Positions 33,050 through 41,976 of a stretch of 64,000 nt of DNA are shown here, one piece after another. This DNA is from Acidimicrobiaceae bacterium (GTDB taxonomy: Bacteria > Actinomycetota > Acidimicrobiia > Acidimicrobiales > Acidimicrobiaceae): assembly GCA_013044475.1 (NCBI GenBank), contig JABEUM010000169.1, positions 2,116 to 66,115 on the forward strand, in the 5' to 3' direction. The translations under genes and the position numbers were made by a program. Below the pieces are notes generated by a model. It ran no database searches, was not told the origin of the DNA, and saw only the letters and a list, made by a program, of their open reading frames with translations. Numbering within the stretch: position 1 is the stretch's first letter; every line of letters begins with the position of its first letter.

Positions 33050-33240
33050 TGAGCGAGTTTCTTGAAGTAAGGCAGATTCGCTCCCAGATCGGTTCCAAAC
33101 CAAAGCATCGCGGGACCCTCAAAGCCCTCGGACTCGGCCGGATAGGCAAGACAAGGACCCTTCCAGATCGACCAGAGATCAGGGGTATGATTGCACGAGT
33201 TTCGCACTTAGTAGAGGTGTCGGAAGGCCAGGAAGGTTAG
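33046..33240 (+). CDS. rpmD: 50S ribosomal protein L30 (uL30)
   Basis: [53 protein letters not shown]. Confidence 0.95.
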   Translation: MMSEFLEVRQIRSQIGSKPKHRGTLKALGLGRIGKTRTLPDRPEIRGMIARVSHLVEVSEGQEG

Positions 33241-33244
33241 TTAG

Positions 33245-33745
33245 ATGATTAAAGTCCATGAACTGGCTCCAGCGCCGGGCTCCAACAGGGGCAAGAGGCG
33301 GGTAGGCCGAGGCATCGGCGGCAAAGGCGGCAAGACCGCCGGACGTGGAACAAAGGGTCAGGGAGCAAGGGATACAATCCCAGCGGGCTTCGAAGGAGGC
33401 CAACTTCCGCTAACCCAGAGGCTGCCAAAGCTGAAGGGATTTCACAACCCATTTAGGGTTAGCTATAGCGTTGTCAATCTCAGCTCCGTGCAGAACCTCG
33501 CCGAAGGCGGTACGGTTGTGATTGACCCTACGATTCTTCTCGCCAAAGGTCAAGTCCACAAAGGCGAGCCGGTGAAGATTCTGGGTAATGGTTCGCTTAC
33601 CATTCCAGTGACCGTTTCGGCGCACGCTTTTTCCGAAGCGGCAAAGCAGGCAATTGTCGCCAGTGGTGGCACGGTTGTGGTCCTGGACGCTCCTAATGGT
33701 GGGCGTCGTGTACCTGCCAAGGGTAACGCACTAACTAATCGTTAG
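33245..33745 (+). CDS. rplO: 50S ribosomal protein L15 (uL15)
   Basis: LAPAPGSNRGKRRVGRGIGGKGGKTAGRGTKGQGAR...FEGGQLPLTQRLPKLKGF. Confidence 0.97.
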   Translation: MIKVHELAPAPGSNRGKRRVGRGIGGKGGKTAGRGTKGQGARDTIPAGFEGGQLPLTQRLPKLKGFHNPFRVSYSVVNLSSVQNLAEGGTVVIDPTILLAKGQVHKGEPVKILGNGSLTIPVTVSAHAFSEAAKQAIVASGGTVVVLDAPNGGRRVPAKGNALTNR

Positions 33746-33788
33746 AGGGTGCGGATTTCAAGGCTCGCGCTTTGGGATGTTATTCTTT

Positions 33789-33821
33789 ATCCGGGTCCAG
33801 TTTGCTCTGGGCCCGGATTTT
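33789..33821 (+). terminator. Terminator/attenuator-like hairpin between rplO and secY
   Basis: 12-bp stem ATCCGGGTCCAG / CTGGGCCCGGAT (one G-U), 6-nt loop TTTGCT, followed by only TTT(T)AGC. Confidence 0.45.
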
Positions 33822-33909
33822 AGCAATTAGCAAGATTTTCAATTTGTAATGTCAAAGGTGGCCGATCTCGTGTGGAGATCGGTACAAGGTAGCTTGGGGG
33901 CTAAAGAGG

Positions 33910-35205
33910 GTGCTCGGAAGTCTGAGGAATATCTTCAGGGTGGCGGAACTTAGAAACAAGGTTCTTTTCACGTTGTTGATTATCGCTATTTACCAGCTGG
34001 GCGCGAACGTCCCGATCCCGGGAACGAGTTTTGCAGCCGTTCAGCAGTTGGAGCAAGCGGCAAAGCAGGGCGGAGTCTTCAGCTTTTTGAATCTCTTCTC
34101 TGGTAATGCGCTATCACGTGCCGCAGTTTTCGGTCTCGGCATCATGCCCTATATTACCTCGTCAATTATCATCCAGCTTTTAACGACTGTGATTCCAAAG
34201 CTCGATGAGTGGAGGGAGCAGGGTGCGGCCGGGCAGCGGAAGATTACCCAGACAACCCGTTACTTGACGGTCACTCTAGCACTTTTGCAGTCGACAGGCC
34301 TGGTCTTCGTGTTTCATAAGGGCGGGGCGGGACTTCTTCCTAATAACCAGAAGATCAACCTGATTCCGAACTTCACCCTCCCCCGAGTTTTGTTCATAGT
34401 CATGACCTTCACCGCCGGTACTGCTTTTGTCATGTGGCTCGGCGAAATGGTTACCCAGCGGGGGATTGGCCAAGGCATGTCAATTCTGATCTTTACTAAC
34501 GTCGTGGCGGGACTGCCGACCGGTGGGCACATCATCTTTGTCGAAGCAGGGAAGCTGAAGTTTTCGGTTATTGTCCTTTTGTCGCTGGGCCTGATCATTT
34601 CGATCATTATCGTCGAGCTGGGCCAAAGGCGGATTCCGGTGATATTCCCGAGGAGGGTGATTGGCCGCCAGATGTACGGCGGGGACCAGACGTATATCCC
34701 GCTGAAGGTCAACCAGGCGGGGGTAATTCCGATTATTTTCGCTTCGTCGATTCTCTACTTTCCGGTTCTTCTCTCCAATGTAATCCCGTGGACCTTTTTC
34801 CGGAATTTTGTAAATAACGATCTAGTCTCACCGACAAGTTTCACATATATAGGTATCTACGGATTCCTTATTATCGTCTTTACCTTCTTCTATGTGACAG
34901 TCGCTTTTGATCCACACCAGCAGGCAGAGGTCATCAGGAAGCAGGGCGGGTACATTCAGGGGATTCGTCCCGGACCTGCAACCGAGCGGCACTTGACAAA
35001 AATTTTGAATCGCATCACCCTCCCCGGTGCGGTATTTCTCGCGGCGGTTGCATTGATTCCGTCAATTGCCCTAGCCCTATGGCACGTAACCGGTTATCCA
35101 TTCGCCGGTATAACGCTGTTGATTGCCACAGGGGTTGCATTGGAGACTCTCAAGCAGATCGATTCTCAGTTGACCATGCGTAACTACGAGGGCTTTTTAA
35201 AGTAG
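33910..35205 (+). CDS. secY: Preprotein translocase subunit SecY
   Basis: 431 aa, about 10 TM helices. FSGNALSRAAVFGLGIMPYITSSIIIQLL and GGYIQGIRPGPATERHL. Confidence 0.97.
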   Translation: MLGSLRNIFRVAELRNKVLFTLLIIAIYQLGANVPIPGTSFAAVQQLEQAAKQGGVFSFLNLFSGNALSRAAVFGLGIMPYITSSIIIQLLTTVIPKLDEWREQGAAGQRKITQTTRYLTVTLALLQSTGLVFVFHKGGAGLLPNNQKINLIPNFTLPRVLFIVMTFTAGTAFVMWLGEMVTQRGIGQGMSILIFTNVVAGLPTGGHIIFVEAGKLKFSVIVLLSLGLIISIIIVELGQRRIPVIFPRRVIGRQMYGGDQTYIPLKVNQAGVIPIIFASSILYFPVLLSNVIPWTFFRNFVNNDLVSPTSFTYIGIYGFLIIVFTFFYVTVAFDPHQQAEVIRKQGGYIQGIRPGPATERHLTKILNRITLPGAVFLAAVALIPSIALALWHVTGYPFAGITLLIATGVALETLKQIDSQLTMRNYEGFLK

Positions 35206-35232
35206 CTCGCTCCTAGCGGAAGGGTCATTTTG

Positions 35233-35904
35233 ATGGTACGCGCTACGCGGCTAGTGATACTAGGTAAGCAGGGTGCTGGCAAGGGGACGCAGTGCGTCAG
35301 GTTGTCGCAGCACTATGCAGTACCTCACATTTCCACTGGTGACATGCTTCGGGCAGCGGTAAGGGCTGGTACGGAGTTTGGAAGTTTGGCGAAAAGCTAT
35401 ATGGACAAGGGAGACCTTGTCCCCGACGAGGTGATAACGGGTGTCGTTGCTGAGAGATTAGCGGAGGCAGACGCGCGCCAGATGGGATTTATTCTCGATG
35501 GCTATCCACGGACGGTAGGACAAGCGGTGGATCTCGAAAAGATCCTGCTTCCTCTCGAGATTGACCTAGTTCTGGACCTGGTTGTCTCGACTGATCTAGT
35601 TCTCAGACGAATCGCTTCTCGAAGAGTTTGTAAGGTATGTGGCGCCAACTATTCGGTGCAAGCTCCTCCCAAGCTCGACTGGAGCTGTGATAACTGTGGC
35701 GGAGAGGTAGTCCAAAGAGACGACGACACCGAAGTAGCGGTCAAGAGACGTCTAGACCTATACGAGAGCCAGACAGCGCCTCTAGTAGAGTGGTATGAGG
35801 ATCGCGAGAAGCTCGTGTCTGTTCTGGGCGAAGGTCATCCGGACGAGGTTATGGCGAGACTAATTGCCGCAGTGGAGAGGGCTAAGGGCGAACCTAAGTG
35901 GTAG
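35233..35904 (+). CDS. adk: Adenylate kinase (zinc-lid type)
   Basis: P-loop ILGKQGAGKGTQ, ISTGDMLRAAV, and lid CKVCGANY...CDNCGGEVVQRDDD. TTG 35230 is an alternative start. Confidence 0.95.
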   Translation: MVRATRLVILGKQGAGKGTQCVRLSQHYAVPHISTGDMLRAAVRAGTEFGSLAKSYMDKGDLVPDEVITGVVAERLAEADARQMGFILDGYPRTVGQAVDLEKILLPLEIDLVLDLVVSTDLVLRRIASRRVCKVCGANYSVQAPPKLDWSCDNCGGEVVQRDDDTEVAVKRRLDLYESQTAPLVEWYEDREKLVSVLGEGHPDEVMARLIAAVERAKGEPKW

Positions 35905-35936
35905 CAGGCGCATTGTTTCGGCATTGGAGTGTGTGA

Positions 35937-36683
35937 ATGAGGCGTACGAAGGACGAGATAGCCAAGATGCGACGGGCGGGCAAGGTCGTAGCGGAGATTC
36001 ACGAGAAGACTAGGGCGGCAATTGCACCTGGTGTAACCACCTTGGAAATTGATAAGGTGGCGCGTGACGTGCTCGAAGCCCGCGGAGCGAGGTCCAACTT
36101 CTTGGGGTATCACGGCTTTCCTGCGGTTATCTGCACCTCACCGAACAATATGATCGTCCACGGTATCCCCGGGGGATACGTGCTAAAAGAGGGAGACATA
36201 ATCTCAATAGACGCCGGAGCGATTATCGAGGGTTATCATGGTGACGCAGCTTATACCGCTGCGGTTGGTGAGATCTCCGACGAAGCGGCGCTCCTACTCA
36301 AAGTGACCGAAGAGAGCCTGTGGAAGGCGATCGACGTTATAAGGGACGGGAACCGTCTAAATGAAATTGGCCGAGCGGTAGAAAAGCACGTTAAGCCCTT
36401 CGGATTCGGCGTCGTAAGAGAGTACGTGGGTCACGGAATAGGGACCGCAATGCACGAGTCGCCCCAGATTCCGAACTATTGGCCCGGTGAGCCGGGCCCT
36501 AAGATGAAGGTCGGAAATGTCTTCGCAGTTGAACCGATGATAAACATTGGGTCGGAAGACACCGTGACATTGGAGGATGGGTGGTCAGTGGTTACCAAGG
36601 ATGGTTCACTTTCGGCCCATTTTGAGCACACAATTCTCGTAAGCGAGGATGGACCAGAGGTCCTGACCGTCTCTGAGTATTAA
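35937..36683 (+). CDS. map: Type I methionine aminopeptidase
   Basis: GYHGFPAVICTSPNNMIVHGIP, ISIDAGAIIEGYHGDAAYT, VGHGIGTAMHE, FAVEPMI, HFEHTILV (metal ligands). Confidence 0.96.
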   Translation: MRRTKDEIAKMRRAGKVVAEIHEKTRAAIAPGVTTLEIDKVARDVLEARGARSNFLGYHGFPAVICTSPNNMIVHGIPGGYVLKEGDIISIDAGAIIEGYHGDAAYTAAVGEISDEAALLLKVTEESLWKAIDVIRDGNRLNEIGRAVEKHVKPFGFGVVREYVGHGIGTAMHESPQIPNYWPGEPGPKMKVGNVFAVEPMINIGSEDTVTLEDGWSVVTKDGSLSAHFEHTILVSEDGPEVLTVSEY

Positions 36684-36734
36684 CAGTTATGGCAGTTATA
36701 ATTGAGATCTGGCGGATTGGCGTTTAGCACGGTA

Positions 36735-36763
36735 TTGCCAATCAATTGGTAGCTCGATAAATA
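36735..36763 (+). promoter_or_regulatory. Candidate sigma-70-type promoter for the infA-rpmJ-rpsM... unit
   Basis: TTGCCA (36735-36740), a 17-nt spacer, then TAAATA (36758-36763), about 160 nt upstream of infA. Pattern match only. Confidence 0.3.
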
Positions 36764-36925
36764 TTGTGAACAGGTAGGGAACAAAAGCGACTATATTGTT
36801 CCTCTGGGTCTCACTCGCCCCTCCCTTGAGCCATGCCTTCGAACAGTTGGTCTTGTCTTCGGGGACCCGCGGCTGCGGGGTGGGTCTGGGTCCGTTTTGT
36901 AAAGCTAGTTCAATAGGAGGAAGTT

Positions 36926-37150
36926 CTGACGACACCTAAGGAAGATGCGATTGTGCTTGAGGGGACGGTTGTTGAGCCCCTTCCGAATGCGATGTTCCGC
37001 GTCGAGCTGGAGAATGGCCATAAGGTTTTAGCCCACAGCTCGGGCAAGATGAGGATGCACAGGATCAGAATACTTCCTGGAGATCGTGTTCAGATCGAAT
37101 TAACTCCATATGACCTGACTAGAGGACGGATAACTTACCGTTATAAGTGA
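36926..37150 (+). CDS. infA: Translation initiation factor IF-1, probable non-canonical (CTG) start
   Basis: The ORF track gives GTG 36953 (65 aa). The in-frame upstream codons encode ..[12 protein letters not shown].., which matches the conserved IF-1 N-terminus (E. coli AKEDNIEMQG). A perfect AGGAGG (36915-36920) lies 5 nt before CTG 36926. There is no ATG/GTG/TTG between the upstream in-frame TAG (36914-36916) and 36953. Confidence 0.85.
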   Translation: MTTPKEDAIVLEGTVVEPLPNAMFRVELENGHKVLAHSSGKMRMHRIRILPGDRVQIELTPYDLTRGRITYRYK

Positions 37151-37196
37151 GCGAGCCAGGCAGGCCATTTAGGGATGTCTGGAGTGAGGAAAGCCG

Positions 37197-37310
37197 ATGA
37201 AAGTACGGCCAAGTGTTAAGACTATTTGCGAAAAGTGCAAGGTGATTCGCAGGGAACGCCAGGTTTTGGTGATCTGTGAAAATCCTCGTCACAAGCAGCG
37301 GCAAGGTTAA
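37197..37310 (+). CDS. rpmJ: 50S ribosomal protein L36 (bL36), zinc-binding form
   Basis: 37 aa, below the ORF-track cutoff. Hand translation: [37 protein letters not shown]. Confidence 0.93.
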   Translation: MKVRPSVKTICEKCKVIRRERQVLVICENPRHKQRQG

Positions 37311-37321
37311 GAAGTAGGACA

Positions 37322-37699
37322 ATGGCGAGGATCGCAGGGGTAGACATCCCCAGAGATAAAAGGCTCGAGATCTCCTTGACATATATCTTCGGGATTGGTT
37401 TGACAAGCTCGAGGAAGATATGTGAGGCTACCGAGGTTAATCCTGACACCAGGGTGAAGGATCTGACTGACGAAGAGGTCGCACGGCTTAGAAACTATAT
37501 CGACCAGAATCTAAAGGTCGAAGGCGACTTGAGACGTGAAGTCGATCAAGACATCAAGAGAAAGATGCAGATCGGCTCTTATCAAGGTTTGAGGCATAGG
37601 AGGGGGCTTCCGGTTAGAGGACAGCGTACCCACACCAATGCCAGGACGCGTAAGGGTCCGAAGAAGACAGTTGCGGGCAAGAAGAAGGTCCGGAAGTAG
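37322..37699 (+). CDS. rpsM: 30S ribosomal protein S13 (uS13)
   Basis: [33 protein letters not shown]...[28 protein letters not shown]. Confidence 0.98.
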   Translation: MARIAGVDIPRDKRLEISLTYIFGIGLTSSRKICEATEVNPDTRVKDLTDEEVARLRNYIDQNLKVEGDLRREVDQDIKRKMQIGSYQGLRHRRGLPVRGQRTHTNARTRKGPKKTVAGKKKVRK

Positions 37700-37753
37700 T
37701 TCGGTAGCCGGACATTGTTGTTCCGGTCGATGATAGATATAGGGGTTTGCTAG

Positions 37754-38152
37754 ATGGCCAAGCCAAAGCCAGGCGGAAGGCGTCCGCGGCGTCGTGAGCG
37801 TAAGAACATCGCCTACGGCGTTGCTCATATCCACTCGTCATTCAACAACACGATTGTGACCATTACCGATGCAGCAGGGAATGTTATTGCCTGGGCATCG
37901 GCTGGAAATGTCGGGTTCAAGGGGTCGAGGAAGTCGACGCCGTTTGCCGCACAGGTTGCCGCAGAGACCTGCGCAAAGCGTGCTCAGGAACATGGAATTC
38001 GCCAAGTCGAAGTCCTGCTCAAGGGACCAGGTTCCGGAAGAGATACCGCACACCGTGCGATTGCTAACACTGGAATTGAAATAGTTTCTATTAAAGATGT
38101 CACCCCAATCCCGCATAACGGCTGTAGGCCGAAGAAGCGCCGTCGGGTCTAG
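37754..38152 (+). CDS. rpsK: 30S ribosomal protein S11 (uS11)
   Basis: [46 protein letters not shown]. Confidence 0.98.
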   Translation: MAKPKPGGRRPRRRERKNIAYGVAHIHSSFNNTIVTITDAAGNVIAWASAGNVGFKGSRKSTPFAAQVAAETCAKRAQEHGIRQVEVLLKGPGSGRDTAHRAIANTGIEIVSIKDVTPIPHNGCRPKKRRRV

Positions 38153-38170
38153 GTCGAGGAGTATTAGAAG

Positions 38171-38797
38171 TTGGCCAGATATACAGGACCAGTTTGTCGG
38201 CAATGTCGCCGGGAGAAGGTGAAACTTTACCTAAAGGGTGAGAAGTGCGATAAGGCTTGTCCAATGGACGGTAAAAAGCCCTATCCTCCAGGTGAGCATG
38301 GTAAAGATCGGCAGAGGCAGGGATCTGAGTACTCTACTCAGCTGCGCGAGAAGCAGAAGGCTCGCCGGATCTACGGAATCCTGGAGAAGCAGTTCGCCAA
38401 TACTTACAACGAGGCGAACCACGCCGCCGGAATCACGGGCGATAATCTACTTAGGATGCTCGAGCTCAGGCTGGATAACGTTACCTTTAGGGCGGGTTGG
38501 GCTTCTTCGAGATCCCAGGCCCGTCAGCTCGTGAGCCACGGCCACATAACGGTCAATGGCAAGCGAGTCGATATCCCGAGCTATCGACTCAAAAAGGGTG
38601 ATTCCGTTGCCCTGATTGCGAAGACTCGTGAGAACATCCAGGTCCGTACGACCAGGGACACGCTGGCCCGTCGGCTTCCAGCTTGGCTGGAGTCCGAGGG
38701 AACAGGCTTCGAGGTGAAGGTACTTAATCCGCCACTTAGGGAACAGATCGATACCCAGATAAGAGAGCAGCTCATAGTCGAGCTCTACTCCAAGTAA
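38171..38797 (+). CDS. rpsD: 30S ribosomal protein S4 (uS4), Cys-cluster form
   Basis: MARYTGPVCRQCRREKVKLYLKGEKCDKACPMD...YSTQLREKQKARRIYG. TTG start. Confidence 0.97.
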   Translation: MARYTGPVCRQCRREKVKLYLKGEKCDKACPMDGKKPYPPGEHGKDRQRQGSEYSTQLREKQKARRIYGILEKQFANTYNEANHAAGITGDNLLRMLELRLDNVTFRAGWASSRSQARQLVSHGHITVNGKRVDIPSYRLKKGDSVALIAKTRENIQVRTTRDTLARRLPAWLESEGTGFEVKVLNPPLREQIDTQIREQLIVELYSK

Positions 38798-38815
38798 CCA
38801 ATTCGTAGGAGTAAA

Positions 38816-39754
38816 GTGCTTTTTATTCAGAGACCAAAGGTTGAAGCGGTCGGCGAGGCAATAGGGAACCGTCAGAAGTTCACTATTGGCCCGCTAGAAC
38901 CAGGATTTGGCCACACTATTGGAAATTCGTTGAGGCGTGTACTTTTGTCGTCTATTCCGGGCGCAGCTGTTACTCAGCTGCGTTTTGATGACGCTCTGCA
39001 CGAGTTCACTACGCTTACCGGAGTCAAGGAGGATATTACCGACATCGTCTTGAATCTAAAAGACGTCGTGGTGAGGTCCTTCTCCGAGGAGCCGGTGACA
39101 ATTCGGATCGACGTTCGTGGACCCAAGGTGGTTAGGGCTGAGGATTTTGCCCTTTCGGCCGATATTGAAATAGTCAATCCCGATCTGCATATCGCTAGTC
39201 TTAGTGCAAAGGGTCGGCTAGCTTTCGATGCCGTCGTGGAGAGAGGAAAGGGTTATCGATCCGCTGACAAGAACAAAAGGTCGGCGACGATTGGTATAAT
39301 CCCAGTCGACTCGATCTTCTCGCCCGTTAGGAGGGTTGCATTCACGGTGACTCCTACCAGGGTAGAGCAGGTGACCGACTACGACCTCTTGACCTTGGAC
39401 ATAGAGACTGATGGCTCGATAACGCCTTCCGATGCGCTAGCGTCTGCGGGTGAGACTCTTAAGAACCTCATGGTTTTAGTCGCTGAGACCAGCGAGAGTC
39501 CTCAGGGCCTTGAGCTGACAGAGGCGGAAGTTGACGAGGTGCGATCCTACGACCTTGACCTCCCGATAGAGGAGCTAGGTCTGACCGAGCGCCCGAGGAA
39601 TTGCCTCAAGCGGGCCCAGATCAATTCGATTGGTGAGCTGATAAATCGCACACCTGAAGATCTACTTGCAATTACTAACTTTGGCCAGAAGTCTTTAGAC
39701 GAGGTCACTTCGAGACTTGAAGGCCGCGGACTTCAATTGAGGAGCAGGGACTAA
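38816..39754 (+). CDS. rpoA: DNA-directed RNA polymerase subunit alpha
   Basis: [33 protein letters not shown]-terminal domain [24 protein letters not shown]. Confidence 0.97.
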   Translation: MLFIQRPKVEAVGEAIGNRQKFTIGPLEPGFGHTIGNSLRRVLLSSIPGAAVTQLRFDDALHEFTTLTGVKEDITDIVLNLKDVVVRSFSEEPVTIRIDVRGPKVVRAEDFALSADIEIVNPDLHIASLSAKGRLAFDAVVERGKGYRSADKNKRSATIGIIPVDSIFSPVRRVAFTVTPTRVEQVTDYDLLTLDIETDGSITPSDALASAGETLKNLMVLVAETSESPQGLELTEAEVDEVRSYDLDLPIEELGLTERPRNCLKRAQINSIGELINRTPEDLLAITNFGQKSLDEVTSRLEGRGLQLRSRD

Positions 39755-40110
39755 TGACACCGGGACGCCCTAAGAAGGGTAAGAGGCTCGGCCATAGCGC
39801 AGCGCACCAGCGGGCCATCTTGGCGAATCTGGCGGCGTCGCTGTTTGCTGCGGAGTCGATTATGACTACCGAGGCGAAGGCGAAGTTGCTGAGGCCAGTA
39901 GTTGAGAAGATGATAACCAAAGCCAAGGCTGGTGGAGTCCACAATCAGCGGCTTGTTGTCTCGTTCCTCAGAGACAAAGACATGGCTCATAAGCTCTTTG
40001 AAGATATCGGGCCACGCTACGAGGGACGATCGGGTGGCTATACGAGGATTCTGAAAAGGGGACCTCGTCATGGGGATAACGCCCCAATGGTTGTTATAGA
40101 ACTGGTGTGA
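39754..40110 (+). CDS. rplQ: 50S ribosomal protein L17 (bL17)
   Basis: [21 protein letters not shown]...[25 protein letters not shown]. Confidence 0.97.
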   Translation: MTPGRPKKGKRLGHSAAHQRAILANLAASLFAAESIMTTEAKAKLLRPVVEKMITKAKAGGVHNQRLVVSFLRDKDMAHKLFEDIGPRYEGRSGGYTRILKRGPRHGDNAPMVVIELV

Positions 40111-41090
40111 CACGGTCTCACCATGCCAGTGAAGCCGGACAAGGCGGACTCTTCGACGAGGAGATTGCTTTGGCTTCAGAGGCTCTAGAAGTTGAGATGC
40201 AGAATTCCGAGGCGGCCCCAGCGGGGGCCGCTTTGCATTACGCTGCGTCGATCAGTTATGTCGGTACTGGGTATCACGGAATCGCTTATCAGGCTGGACA
40301 AAGAACCGTTGTCGGCGTGCTCGGTGTGGCGATTGAACGCGCTCTGCGACAACCTGTCGACATTGTCGTAGCCGGACGAACTGACGCTGGCGTGCACGCC
40401 TTAGATCAGGTGATAAGTTTTACTGGGCCCCCTCACAAGGGAGGCATCGACGGGCTGTACCAGTCTCTCGCTAGGCAGTTGCCAGACGACGTCTCTGTGA
40501 ATTGGGTCGGGTTGACGGACCAGTCCTTCTCGGCTCGGCATTCGGCTAAATACCGGCACTATCTTTACCGGATACTCCCGGGAGCCGAGAGGGATGCTTT
40601 GAGCTCCGATCGGAGCTGGCAAGTCCCCTTTGATCTCGATCTTCCAGCGATGAGATCGGCGTCTTATGTATTGATCGGTGAACATGATTTTGCGGGATTT
40701 AGCAAAAAGGGTCCTGAGGGTGCTTCAACGATTAGGCGGGTCTTCGACGCGAGATTGAGTAAACGAGGGCGCTTCGTCGACTTTGAAATTTGGGCTAATG
40801 CCTTTTGTCATCAGATGGTGCGGGGAATTGTTGGCACATTAGTCGAGGTAGGCAGGGGCAAATGCTCGGCAAGCTCCTTCGCAAGTAGTGTTCTTTATCC
40901 CTCTGGAGCTAAGCGTCTTCTCGCACCCCCGGGGGGTCTCTATTTGGTGGAAGTGGGCTACGGCGAGTTTTCTAGGGCTAAGGATCTGGATCCGCTATTG
41001 TTTCCGGTTGGTGAAGTACCCAATTCCGTCTATGCTATTTCCTCGTGTCTTGGGCGCAAAAGCCGCCCGGAGCAAGTTCTAAACCGGTGA
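40107..41090 (+). CDS. truA: tRNA pseudouridine(38-40) synthase TruA
   Basis: [14 protein letters not shown] and the catalytic [16 protein letters not shown]. The start is uncertain: GTG 40107 overlaps the rplQ stop, and ATG 40197 would give a more typical length. Confidence 0.88.
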   Translation: MTRSHHASEAGQGGLFDEEIALASEALEVEMQNSEAAPAGAALHYAASISYVGTGYHGIAYQAGQRTVVGVLGVAIERALRQPVDIVVAGRTDAGVHALDQVISFTGPPHKGGIDGLYQSLARQLPDDVSVNWVGLTDQSFSARHSAKYRHYLYRILPGAERDALSSDRSWQVPFDLDLPAMRSASYVLIGEHDFAGFSKKGPEGASTIRRVFDARLSKRGRFVDFEIWANAFCHQMVRGIVGTLVEVGRGKCSASSFASSVLYPSGAKRLLAPPGGLYLVEVGYGEFSRAKDLDPLLFPVGEVPNSVYAISSCLGRKSRPEQVLNR

Positions 41091-41095
41091 GGATT

Positions 41096-41551
41096 ATGAA
41101 GACATTCGTGACCAAGCAGTCTGACGCTGTTGCGGACCGCAAGTGGTATGTAGTAGATGCCGAAGGGATGGTGTTGGGGCGACTCGCCACCGAGGTGGCA
41201 CACATCATCAGGGGCAAGCATAAGGCGATCTTTGCACCCTATCTAGACGCGGGCGACCACGTGATAGTAATCAATGCGGATAAGATCGTATTGACATCTA
41301 ATAAAGCTGATCGCAAGCTTGCGTACCACCACACGGGTTATCCCGGCCACCTTCGGGCTGCGCTTTATCGTGACCTGCTCAAGGACAAGCCGGAGTTCGT
41401 TATCGAAAAAGCGGTTAAGGGTATGTTGCCACATGGCCCGCTAGGGCGCCAGATGGCTAAGAAGCTCAAGGTCTATTCAGGTCCAGACCATCCCCACCAG
41501 GCACAGCTACCGGTTCTACGCACCCTCGGCACAGCGCCGAAGGGTTCCTGA
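41096..41551 (+). CDS. rplM: 50S ribosomal protein L13 (uL13)
   Basis: MKTFVTKQSDAVADRKWYVVDAEGMVLGRLATEVAHIIRGKHK. ATG 41096 follows GGTGAGGA. The ORF-track start at 41045 lies inside truA. Confidence 0.95.
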   Translation: MKTFVTKQSDAVADRKWYVVDAEGMVLGRLATEVAHIIRGKHKAIFAPYLDAGDHVIVINADKIVLTSNKADRKLAYHHTGYPGHLRAALYRDLLKDKPEFVIEKAVKGMLPHGPLGRQMAKKLKVYSGPDHPHQAQLPVLRTLGTAPKGS

Positions 41552-41579
41552 GTCTTTTGATCCGAGAGGTTTTTAGGAA

Positions 41580-41972
41580 ATGACTAAGACAACCATTCAG
41601 TCCACCGGAAGGCGTAAGCAGGCCATTGCAAGGGTGAGGCTTTCTGCCGGCGAAGGCAATATTACGGTCAACAACAAGCCCTTTGCTAGTTATATAACGT
41701 CGCTTGCCCAGCAGACAATGGCTACCGAGCCATTGCGAGTGGCCCAGGTTGCATCGGAATATGACCTATCGATCACGGTCGACGGCGGAGGAATAGCTGG
41801 ACAGGCCGGGGCAATTCGTCTCGGAATAGCCCGGGCATTGATCGAAGCCGATCCCGAGCTTAGAGGGATCCTCAAGAAGGCTGGCTTTTTGACCAGGGAC
41901 GCGCGAGAGAAGGAGTCCAAGAAGTACGGACTCAAGAAGGCCCGGAAGGCGCCTCAGTTCTCCAAGCGTTAG
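41580..41972 (+). CDS. rpsI: 30S ribosomal protein S9 (uS9)
   Basis: [12 protein letters not shown]...[19 protein letters not shown]...[26 protein letters not shown]. Confidence 0.98.
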   Translation: MTKTTIQSTGRRKQAIARVRLSAGEGNITVNNKPFASYITSLAQQTMATEPLRVAQVASEYDLSITVDGGGIAGQAGAIRLGIARALIEADPELRGILKKAGFLTRDAREKESKKYGLKKARKAPQFSKR

Positions 41973-41976
41973 TTTC

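Noticed and set aside
36696-36935. 79-aa minus-strand ORF between map and infA
   Set aside because: It has no RBS, runs antisense through the infA RBS and leader, and has no recognisable features.
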